A DNA stretch of 64,000 nucleotides, from contig CAWGCS010000001.1 in assembly GCA_963821235.1 (NCBI GenBank), positions 510,751 to 574,750 on the forward strand, in the 5' to 3' direction. The DNA comes from an uncultured Chloroflexia bacterium (GTDB lineage Bacteria > Chloroflexota > Limnocylindria > Limnocylindrales > CSP1-4). Shown in pieces: positions 55,574 through 64,000 of this stretch. The translations under genes were made by a program, and so were the position numbers. Position 1 is the stretch's first letter. Each line of letters opens with the position of its first letter. The notes below the pieces were generated by a model that was given only the letters and a program-made list of their open reading frames with translations, was not told the DNA's origin and did not search any database.

Positions 55574-58282
55574 ATGCACCGCATGCCACGTCCCCTCTCG
55601 GACCTCGCTCCTCAGCGCGCGCGCCATGCGGGCGGCCTCGTCGCCGTCGGGCCCGGGCGGGTCGAGCGCCCGAGCACCCCGACATCGCCGCCGGACGCGC
55701 CCGCCGCCCCCGATCCGGACGTCACCCTGATGGCTGAGCAGGCCTCCGGCGAGCTCGACGTCTTCGGCTTTCCCGTCCAGCTCGGCAAGGTCCAGCCGCC
55801 TCTGCTCCCGACGGAGACCCTAGAGCGCGAGCGCCTGCTCGGCTGGATGGCGGCGAAGGTTCACTCCCGGCTCGTGCTGATCGTCGCGGACGCCGGGTAC
55901 GGGAAGACCACCCTGCTGGCCGACTGGAGCCGCCGGACGCGGATCCAGACGCTCTGGTATCGCCTCGACGAGGCGGACCGGGACTGGGTCGTCTTCGTCA
56001 ACCACGTGGTCGCGGCCGGGCGCGAGATCGACCCGGGCTTCGCCCCCAACACGATGTCGCTCATCCGGGAGCTCGGTGCCGGCATGGGCGACCGGGCCTC
56101 CATCGTCCGGACGCTGCTGACCGAGATCCGGCGCTGGGTGACCGGCGGGACAGCGATGATCCTCGACGACTACCACCTCGTCGACGACGTCCCCGAAGTC
56201 CGCGAGATCGTGCGCGAGCTGCTCGTTCGCGGCCCGGAGCGGCTGGCCGTGGTCATCTCGACGCGACGGACGCCCACGCTGCCCCTCGCCCGCCTGCGCG
56301 CCCTCGGCGAGATCGCCGAGCTCTTCACGGCGGACCTGCGGTTCGACCGCGACGAGATGGAGCGCCTCTTCCGGGAGACGTATCGCCATCCCCTCGATGC
56401 GGACCTGCTCGAGGCCCTGGCGCGAACGACGGAAGGCTGGGCGGCAACGCTCCGTCTCGTGGAGACCGCCGTGCGGGGACGCCCGCGCGAGGAGGTGCGG
56501 GCGGTCATCCAGGGCCTCTCGGCGCGACACGGCGACCTCCACGACTACCTGGCCGAGGAGGTCGTCGGCCGGATGCCGACGGAGCTCCAGGACTTCCTCG
56601 AACGCTGCGCGCTCCTGCACGTGGCCACGCCCCAGCTCGCCAGTGCCGCAGCCGCCGTCTCGATCGTCGACGCCCGCCGCCTGCTGGACGTCACGGAGGA
56701 GGCCGGCCTCCTCTCGCGGCGGGGTCGCACGGGCCAGGCCGGGCGCCTCCTCCACCCGCTGGTGCGAAGCTTCCTCGAGGGCCGCCTCCTCGAGGCCGTC
56801 GGACCGGACGGCGTCGCCGAGATCCACGTGCGCATCGCCATCGCCGCGGAGCTCAACAGCTGGTGGCTGGCCGCCCACCACTACGCCGCCGCCGGTCGTC
56901 ACGACGACGTGGCCCGGGTCCTCTCCGGCTCCCTCGAGGCGATCCTCGGATCGGGTGGTGCCCAGGCCGCCGTCGACCTCATGGCGGCTGGGGTTGAGCC
57001 GGATCGCGCGTGGCACCGAGTCCTGATTGCCCGTCGACACCTCGGAGAGGGACGGTTCCGCGATGGTGCCCAAGAGGCCAACCTCGCATGGCAGGCGGTG
57101 AGGAGCGGGGACGACATCGGGGCGGATTGGGTCCTGTTAACCCTGATCGCCGCGTGCTTTGCGCAAGGCGACTACGCCGGCGGGTCCTCATGGGGCCTCG
57201 GCTCTCACTGGCTCGGCGCAGGGCTCAATGGCCCGGTCAGTCGCCAAAGCCGTCCTAGCCTTGGCTGACTCGACCGTAGACGGGTCGCTTGATCTGACTG
57301 CGGATCTCATTGCTGACACAGCGCGGCTCGCGGCCGAACTCGGACACCGACACTTCTACGGCATCTCGATGCTCAACCTCGGTTGGGTTGACCGCTACAG
57401 AGGTCTCACACCAGAGGTGGCCGACCACGCCCGCGCCGCCGAACGCGCCTTGAGTGAGACTTCAGCCGGTCCGGAATTGTCGACGGTCCACACGCTCCTC
57501 GCCTGGTCGCACGCACAAGCATGCGAGATCGGTCGCGCGCGCGAGGAACTCCAACTCGCGAGAGGCCTCTCGCGTGAGGCCACGCGCTACGAGACGCTCG
57601 TCGAGGCCGCGGACATCGTTGGTGCGTACTCAGACACCGAAGAGGCTCATGAGCTCCTCCTGGCGGCAGCCTCCTCCCAGCCAAGACTCCGCCGCCGACG
57701 AAGCCCTCTACGCGCTGACGTGCGCGGAGAACGAGCTCCGACGGGGCGATGTCACAACCGCCGCTGAGGCGCTCGCCCGGACACCCGACGGCATAGTCGC
57801 TGGTCACCCGGCGTTTCGTGCGCGCCGGATGCTCGCAAGGCTGACGATCGAGCTCGAAAGCGGGTTGATCAGAGACGAAGCGGTCGTTCATGCCGCCATC
57901 GAGCGCGCCCAGAGCCAGGGGGCGGGCGCGGTTGTCCCGGGACTGCAACTCGTGCTTGGCGCGATTGGCGGCTCTGACGCCCTCAGCCGATCTGTGAAGC
58001 GGGTTGGCGAGCGCGGCGACCGGGCGGTCCTCAGCGTTCATGCAGAACTCCTCGTTTCCCGACTGGACCAGCTGGATGAATCGCGCCGCCAGACTCGTCC
58101 GTACCGAGGCTCAGAGACGACCGACGAGGTGGCGCCCCGCGTTGCGGCGCGCGCTCGCCGGCCGACCTGCCTTGGCACTGCAGGCGGCTCAAGTCCTCGA
58201 GCTGATCGGTGATGCCAGCGACGTAGTCGTGCTCCGGCGATTGAGCAAGGATTTGCGCGGAGCTCTCGAAGGCCTGACCTAG
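55574..58282 (+). pseudogene. STAND-type (MalT/AfsR-like) P-loop ATPase with TPR/helical C-terminal region, disrupted by about 3 frameshifts
   Basis: Walker A (LVLIVADAGYGKTTLLADW) and an NB-ARC-like domain are intact in one frame to about 57.2 kb. The helical TPR-like continuation is readable only by switching frames at about 57.2, 57.67 and 58.08 kb. Codon usage here has lower GC3 than the rest of the window. Sequencing indels cannot be excluded. Confidence 0.5.
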
Positions 58283-58314
58283 GTCGGGCACTCGCGCGCC
58301 GGATCGCACCGCGC

Positions 58315-59023
58315 GTGTGGGTGGAAGATCAAGGGCGGGTAGTCCTCCGCGTCGGTGCCAACGAGATACCGGGCACGTCGGTCCGTCGCAAGGCGCTGGC
58401 ACTGCTCTGCTACCTGCTGACGAGGCCCGGCTTCTCTGCCTCGCGAGACCAGGTTCTCGACGCATTGTGGCCGGAGCAGGATCCCGACCAGTCGGTCAAC
58501 TCCCTCCATCAGACCGCGTACTTCCTGCGCCGCGTGTTCGAACCACAGTACGCGGACGATTTGTCGCCGGGATACCTCAACCACAACCCGGAGCTGCTCT
58601 GGCTCGACCCTGAGCTTGTTGACAGCCGAAGCAGCGCATGCCGTCGCCTTCTCGACTCATGTGGCCGACCCCCGAGTCCAGCGAGGTCGACGCGCTCTCG
58701 ATCACCTACCGAGGGGCCTTCGCGCTGGACTTCGCCTACGAGGAGTGGGCGTCGCCGTATCGGGAGACTCTGCACGCCCGCTACCTCGAAACCCTGGAAA
58801 TGGCATCCAGGCGGATATCGCCGGTGGCCACCTCGATCGAGCGATTGTCTTGGCGCGTCGCTTGCTGGAGGTCGATCCCGACGTCGATGAGGTAGAGCGA
58901 ACGCTCCTGCGTCTATACCGCGCTGCAGGAGCACACGCCGCGGCGGCTGAGCAGTACACGCACTACGCGGTAACCGTTCGCCGGGACCTTGGCCTTGATC
59001 CTCCGAGTCTCGCGGACGTGTGA
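58315..59023 (+). pseudogene. SARP-type regulator (OmpR-like winged helix + BTAD), disrupted by about 2 frameshifts
   Basis: The N-terminal wHTH (RRKALALLCYLLTRPGFSASRDQVLDALWP) is in one frame. BTAD segments (DFAYEEWASPYRETLHARYLETLEM; RLLEVDPDVDEVERTLLRLYRAAG) lie in two other frames. Confidence 0.45.
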
Positions 59024-59512
59024 TCAGGCAACCGGATTCGGACGGGCGGTCGAGGGCCATTAGGTAAGGTTCGGTATTGACCGGTTCGCCGCGACCGGCC
59101 TAGAGTCCCACCTGCTTCTGGTACGAAGGTACTAGTAAGCAATGTCAATCTCGGGACGCGCTGATACTCCGCCTGAAATGGGCACTTAGGGCGGAGTGGA
59201 GCGACTAGTGCAACCGACCGGTTCAAGGTCGGTTTCCGTGCTCAGGATGAGCGCGGAAACCCATTGGAGGGCACACGATGGGTCCCGAATTCGGCTCGAA
59301 GGGCTTCTAGCGGCCGGGATGAGGCAGTCCGGGGTATCGAGTGATGAAGCACCGACTCCTGCGCCTCTTGGCGGCGGTCAGCACGCTGGCCGCTGCCGTC
59401 CTCGCCGGTGGCGCCTCCCTGAAGGGGTTCTAGGTACTTAGGTCCCACTACAGGTCGCCCAATCGGCACGGTAGAGTCTGTCTGCCGAGTGGAAGCAGCG
59501 ACCTGAGGTCTA

Positions 59513-61057
59513 ATGCCTCGTAGCCTCAAGATCTACATCGCTGGGCTCGTCGCGGTCAGCGCATTTGCGTTGGTTGCGACGAGCCTTGTGATTCCCATCG
59601 ACACCCGGATTGCTCTCGGCCTAACGGGCAACGAGCCCGTGGACACTCTGGTCGGCATTGCGTTCTGGACCGTCATGACGCTGCTTGCGTCGGCCTTTCC
59701 GGTCCAGATGCCACGAGGCTCGTTGATCAACACGTCGATTGCGACACTCGTGGCTGCATTGAGTCTCGGCGGGCCAACTGCCGCGGGTTGGGTCGCGCTC
59801 ATTGGCACCACGGAACTGCGTGAGCTCTCTGGGCGGGTGCCCTGGTACGGGACGCTGGCAAACCATGCTGGCTTGGTCCTCCCCGCGGTCGTCGGAGGTG
59901 CGGTCAGTTCGGCTTTGGCTGGCAGCGCGGGCATGGACGCACCACCCCTGTGGAGCTTCATCGCGTCGATGGCCGGTGCGTCTGCCTTCTTTGCCTTGAA
60001 CGTGTCCTTCACGTCGGTGACGGTTGCCCTCAAGTCGGGGCAATCAATGAGAGTGGTCGTCTTCGGGGACCTGCCCACGTTCTTCGCCAACTGGGTCGCA
60101 CTCTCACCGCTCGCGTGGTTGATGGCTTTCGCGACGCTCAGGGTCGGATGGTGGGCGACTCTCCTGTTTGCGCTCCCCGTCTGGATCATGAGGGGGGCGC
60201 TTGACCAGATCATCGAGATGCGGGAGATGTTCACGCAGACGGTGCGGAGTCTGGCGGGGGCTGTCGACGCGAGGGATACGTTCACGGCGGGCCACAGCCG
60301 GCGCGTACAGCAGATCTCCGTGGACATCGGGCGCGTGCTGAGGCTGTCGGAGAGCGACCTGGAGGCCCTGGAATGGGGCGGGCTCCTGCACGACATCGGC
60401 AAGATCGGCGTGCGGGACGACGTGCTGAACAAGCCGGACAAGCTGACGAAGGAAGAGCGGGCGCTGATGAACGCCCACCCGGTGATCGGCGCGAACATCA
60501 TCGCCCCGGTCACGAAGCTGGCCCCGGAGCTGCCGCTCATCCGCCATCACCACGAGTGGTTCAACGGCTCGGGCTACCCGGATCGGCTGATCGGGGACGA
60601 GATCCCCAGGCTCGCCCGCATCCTGCACGTCGCGGACGCCTTCGAGGCCATGACCACGGCGCGCCCCTATCGGATGACGCCGCTCACCAACGACCAGGCG
60701 ATGGACGAGCTGCGGCGGTTCGCCGGCATCCAGTTCGACCCGGCGATGGTGGACGCCTTCGCCCGCACGCACTGGGCGGCCGGCGCCAGCGACCCTGGGC
60801 GACCCTCCGAGCTGAGGCCGCCGGTGCCGCTCCTGGCCCAGGCGGCCAGCCGGATGGCCCAGGCGCGCGGCAGGACCGACGCCGGCGACCCGGGGACGCC
60901 CGGATCGGCGATGGCCGGCTCGGCGGTCGCCGCCCTCATGCCGCCGACCCTCGTCCCGCCGGCCCTCGTGCCGCCGACCCTCGTGCCGCCGGTGCGCGTG
61001 CCCACGGCGATCGCTCCGCCCGGCACGTCCGGCCCCGCTTCCGACCCCGCGTCCTGA
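59513..61057 (+). CDS. HD-GYP domain c-di-GMP phosphodiesterase with N-terminal polytopic membrane sensor domain
   Basis: About 7 N-terminal TM helices, then the HD-GYP catalytic domain (TAGHSRRVQQISVDI; LLHDIGKIGV; HHEWFNGSGYPDRL; ILHVADAFEAMTTARPYR). The C-terminus has a Pro-rich tail with a (L/V)VPP(A/T)L repeat. Confidence 0.85.
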   Translation: MPRSLKIYIAGLVAVSAFALVATSLVIPIDTRIALGLTGNEPVDTLVGIAFWTVMTLLASAFPVQMPRGSLINTSIATLVAALSLGGPTAAGWVALIGTTELRELSGRVPWYGTLANHAGLVLPAVVGGAVSSALAGSAGMDAPPLWSFIASMAGASAFFALNVSFTSVTVALKSGQSMRVVVFGDLPTFFANWVALSPLAWLMAFATLRVGWWATLLFALPVWIMRGALDQIIEMREMFTQTVRSLAGAVDARDTFTAGHSRRVQQISVDIGRVLRLSESDLEALEWGGLLHDIGKIGVRDDVLNKPDKLTKEERALMNAHPVIGANIIAPVTKLAPELPLIRHHHEWFNGSGYPDRLIGDEIPRLARILHVADAFEAMTTARPYRMTPLTNDQAMDELRRFAGIQFDPAMVDAFARTHWAAGASDPGRPSELRPPVPLLAQAASRMAQARGRTDAGDPGTPGSAMAGSAVAALMPPTLVPPALVPPTLVPPVRVPTAIAPPGTSGPASDPAS

Positions 61058-61069
61058 CACAATCCCGGG

Positions 61070-63088
61070 ATGCTCCTCTCAGGGATCGTCCTGGGCCTCG
61101 TCGTCGGGCTCGCCGCGGGCGGCCGATTCGACAACCTCCTCGCGGTCCGCCTCCGCTGGACGCTGCTGCTCTTCCTGGCGGTCGCCCTTCGCCTGGGAAC
61201 GGAAGCGGCGCTGCAGCGCAACGTCGCCCTCGCGGACCAGTTCCGGATGCCCCTCCTCGCCCTGGCCTACGGGATCCTCATCGTGGCGCTGTGGGTCAAC
61301 CGGACGCGGCCGGGAATCAGCATGGCGCTCGTGGGATCGGTGCTGAACGCCACGGCGATCCTGGCCAACGGCGGCTTCATGCCGGTCTGGGACCAGGCCC
61401 TGCGGGGCGCCGAGCTCTCCCCCTCGGACATCCTCTCGCCGATCCACTTCCTGCTGGCGACCACGGACGCGTCCGAGTTCCTCCTCCGGGCGGGCCCGCT
61501 GGGGGACGTGATCCCGATCCCGATCCCCGTGTTCCGGAACGTCCTCTCGATCGGCGACGTCCTCCTGGCGCTCGGCCTCGCCTTCTTCGCCTTCGCCAGC
61601 CTCCTCCGCGAGCCGCCCACCGTCGACGCCGCTGGCAGGCCGATCGGCGGCGACATCGCGGTCGCCGGCGGGCTGGGCAGTCGCCACCGCGTCCGTCCGG
61701 CCACCGGGCTGTCGTCGAGCCTGACGGCGACGATCGCCCTCGAGCGGCCCGTCGTCCTGGGCGGCTCCGGCGCCGGCATCGCGATCCCCGCCCCCACCCC
61801 CTCCCCGGGGGCGCCCGGAGGCCTGGATGCGCGGACGAGGGGGATCCTTGCCCGGGCGCTCGGCCACCCCTACGTCCGCCTCGCCCAGAACGGCTCGTTC
61901 GGCGCGCTCTGGGTCGGCCAGCTGATCTCCCTCTTCGGCGACCGGGTCCACCAGATCGCCCTGGCATTCCTCGTCCTCCACACCACCGACTCGCTCATCG
62001 CGGTGGCCCTGACGTTCATGGCCGCGACCCTGCCGAACATCGTCTTCGGGCCCATCGCCGGCGCCCTCGTCGATCGCTGGGACCAGAAGCGGGTGATGAT
62101 CCTCTCCGACCTCCTGCGGGCCGCGATCGTGCTCCTGCTGCCGGTCGCAGCGGGGGCGAACGTGCTGCTCGTCTATCCCCTCGTCTTCAGCCTGACGACC
62201 GTCTCCCTCTTCTTCCGCCCCGCCCGGACGGCGGTCATCCCGCGAATCGTCCGCGACGACGAGCTCGTCGCGGCCAACTCGGCGACGTGGCTGGGGGAGA
62301 CGATCGCCGATGTCATCGGCTATCCGCTGGCGACCCTCTTCGTGGCCTTCCTCGGCGGCGCCCTGGCCCTCGCCTTCTGGATCGACGCCGCCTCCTACGT
62401 CGCCTCCGCGCTCCTGCTCCTGACGATGACCGTCCCGGCCGTGGTGCGGACGGTCGCCCAGTCGGTGCCGGGCCTGCGGGGCCTCCGTGACGACCTGCTC
62501 ACCGGCTGGCGGTTCCTGCGCGGGGAGCCCGTCCTCCTGGCGAACACCCTCCAGGCGGTCGTCGGCCAGTTCTCGATCGGGGTGACCATCGCGATCATGG
62601 CCGGCTACGCGCGGGACGCCCTGACCTCGGTCGCCTTCGACGACATCGCGCGCTACGGGTTCATCGAAGCGGCGATCGGGATCGGCAACCTGGCCGGCGG
62701 CTTCGTCATCGGCCTCATCGGCAACCGGATCGCCCGCGGCCGCCTCGTGATCGTCGGCTACGTCGGCTACGGGGCGTGCGTCGCGGGGCTGGCCCTGACC
62801 GGCAACCTGGAGGCCGCCCTGGGGCTGGCCCTGGGCATGGGCGTGGCGAACATGGTGTTCGTCATCCCGACGCAGACGCTCTTCATGGAGCGGACGCCGG
62901 GCGACATGATCGGGCGGGTCGTCGGCTTCCGCTTCGCCGCGGTGTTCGGCTCCATGACGCTGGCGATGGGCATCGGCGGGTTGCTGGGCGAGGCCTTCGG
63001 GGCCCCGGCGGTCTTCGGCGTCTTCGGAATCGTGACCGTCGCGGCGGGGCTGGCAGGCCTGTTGAGCCGTCCGCTGCGCGAGGCATGA
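61070..63088 (+). CDS. fusion of DUF5317-like membrane domain and MFS transporter
   Basis: The first ~230 aa are 5-6 TM helices resembling DUF5317. The remainder is a 12-TM MFS_1 transporter (GALWVGQLISLFGDRVHQIALAFLVL). A single uninterrupted ORF. Confidence 0.65.
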   Translation: MLLSGIVLGLVVGLAAGGRFDNLLAVRLRWTLLLFLAVALRLGTEAALQRNVALADQFRMPLLALAYGILIVALWVNRTRPGISMALVGSVLNATAILANGGFMPVWDQALRGAELSPSDILSPIHFLLATTDASEFLLRAGPLGDVIPIPIPVFRNVLSIGDVLLALGLAFFAFASLLREPPTVDAAGRPIGGDIAVAGGLGSRHRVRPATGLSSSLTATIALERPVVLGGSGAGIAIPAPTPSPGAPGGLDARTRGILARALGHPYVRLAQNGSFGALWVGQLISLFGDRVHQIALAFLVLHTTDSLIAVALTFMAATLPNIVFGPIAGALVDRWDQKRVMILSDLLRAAIVLLLPVAAGANVLLVYPLVFSLTTVSLFFRPARTAVIPRIVRDDELVAANSATWLGETIADVIGYPLATLFVAFLGGALALAFWIDAASYVASALLLLTMTVPAVVRTVAQSVPGLRGLRDDLLTGWRFLRGEPVLLANTLQAVVGQFSIGVTIAIMAGYARDALTSVAFDDIARYGFIEAAIGIGNLAGGFVIGLIGNRIARGRLVIVGYVGYGACVAGLALTGNLEAALGLALGMGVANMVFVIPTQTLFMERTPGDMIGRVVGFRFAAVFGSMTLAMGIGGLLGEAFGAPAVFGVFGIVTVAAGLAGLLSRPLREA

Positions 63089-63223
63089 GGCCGGCTGGGC
63101 CGGAATCCGCACGCCCGGCCCGGGCCCTCGGCTACACTCGCGGCGGAGCGCAGGTTCGGGGCGGCAATCGGCCCCTCGCGCTCGCCGCCCGTCGTGGCGG
63201 CACCAGGGAGTGACGACGCAACG

Positions 63224-63790
63224 ATGACCGAGCGGGACGGACGCGCCGCCGACGAGACGACCGAGATCGATGCCGACGAGGCGGCCGACGCAGCGGCTGC
63301 CGGGCTCGAAGGGGTCGAAGGCGAGGACGAGGCGGCCGCCGCGGCCGAGGAAGCCGACTTCGAGGACGCTGCCGCGCGGGAGGCCGGGTTCGACGAGACC
63401 GACCTCCTGGAAGAGGAGCCGGCGCCGGTCGGAGGGCCTGGCCGTGTCGAAGCGGCGCCCGGTCGCCGGCCCGCCCGTCGGGGACCGGCCGGCCCGGAGC
63501 GCGCGCCGTCCCTCTCCGAGATCGCGGTCCACATCGACGACCGCATCTCGAAGGTGTTCGTCATCGCCGTCACGGCGGTCTTCGCCCTGATCTTCCTCAA
63601 CGCGCTGCTCCTGGGCAAGGGCGGCCTCTTCTCGCCGGTCCCGACGCCCACGCCGGTCCCCAGCGCCACCGCGGCCCCGTCGGCGACCCCGGCGCCGTCG
63701 CTGACGGCGGCGCCCAGCGGCTCTCCCGGCGCATCCGCGACACCTGCGGCCAGCGCCACGCCCGTCCCCAGCGCGTCCGCCACGCCCTAG
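63224..63790 (+). CDS. hypothetical membrane-anchored protein with acidic N-terminus and Pro/Thr/Ala/Ser tail
   Basis: An Asp/Glu/Ala-rich N-terminal 100 aa, one TM helix (VFVIAVTAVFALIFLNALLL), then a low-complexity PTPVPSATAAPSATP tail. Confidence 0.35.
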   Translation: MTERDGRAADETTEIDADEAADAAAAGLEGVEGEDEAAAAAEEADFEDAAAREAGFDETDLLEEEPAPVGGPGRVEAAPGRRPARRGPAGPERAPSLSEIAVHIDDRISKVFVIAVTAVFALIFLNALLLGKGGLFSPVPTPTPVPSATAAPSATPAPSLTAAPSGSPGASATPAASATPVPSASATP

Positions 63791-63951
63791 CCGTCGCGAG
63801 CCGGCGGCCCGAGCTCCGCGCTCCGGGGGAGGCGTATCCTCGGCGCGTGGCTCCGCCCCGCGACAGCGCTCCTCCCGGCACCGCCCCGTCGGCGGGCCGC
63901 GACCGGTGGCGATCGGGCAATGGCGACCCATTCGCGGCCGCCCGGACGGCG

Positions 63952-64000
63952 ATGCTGCAGGGCCAGCTGCGCGCCCGCGGCATCCACGACGAGCGCGTCC
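63952..64000 (+). CDS. pcm: protein-L-isoaspartate O-methyltransferase, 5' fragment running off the window end
   Basis: MLQGQLRARGIHDERV matches the PCMT N-terminal consensus (..QLRARGI.DERVL). Only about 16 codons are visible. Confidence 0.45.
   Translation, partial: MLQGQLRARGIHDERV

Noticed and set aside
55574-59023. Interpreting the STAND and SARP fragments as one intact fused AfsR-like gene
   Set aside because: A stop separates them at 58282, the domain order (ATPase-TPR then wHTH-BTAD) is reversed relative to AfsR, and multiple frame changes are needed. They were called as two disrupted genes instead.

Overview
This 64-kb window is high-GC (roughly 70%), and almost every ORF on the strand opposite a real gene is a long spurious ORF, so genes were called from protein-level motif recognition rather than ORF length. 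The F420-type enzymes, Cheo-type LexA boxes and a DnaB intein suggest a high-GC Gram-positive (Actinomycetota, Rubrobacteria/Thermoleophilia-like) or Chloroflexota genome, but this is not certain.

Gene content, in order along the window:
- tRNA-Glu(UUC) on the minus strand.
- A maltodextrin/starch locus on the minus strand: a LacI-family repressor with tandem AAACCGGTTT operators, a MalE-like lipoprotein, MalF and MalG permeases, a cytoplasmic GH13 enzyme, and a ~1190-aa membrane-anchored GH13 amylase/pullulanase with FN3 domains and a C-terminal starch-binding module.
- A tdh-kbl threonine catabolism operon followed by a PHP-family hydrolase.
- An ECF sigma / anti-sigma pair, with perfect 36-bp tandem repeats in the anti-sigma factor, and an IS110-family insertion directly after it.
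- argS.
- A dispersed histidine-utilisation cluster (hutH, hutU, hutI) that uses the formimino route. Glutamate formimidoyltransferase and formimidoyl-THF cyclodeaminase are separate genes, and folD and fhs sit alongside.
- Embedded in that cluster: a HisD paralog, an Xre/RES toxin-antitoxin pair, F420-type PPOX and DDN enzymes, and a GNAT with an NPF-repeat insertion.
- A DNA-damage module: dinB, a small ORF preceded by two Cheo boxes, rplI, lexA with its own Cheo box, and directly after lexA a dnaB interrupted by a 422-aa LAGLIDADG intein.
- Near the 3' end, a lower-GC island containing a multiply frameshifted STAND ATPase/TPR regulator and a frameshifted SARP-like regulator, followed by a long AT-richer leader and a membrane-sensor HD-GYP phosphodiesterase.

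No CRISPR array or rRNA was seen. Internally recalculated start coordinates may be off by a few bases.
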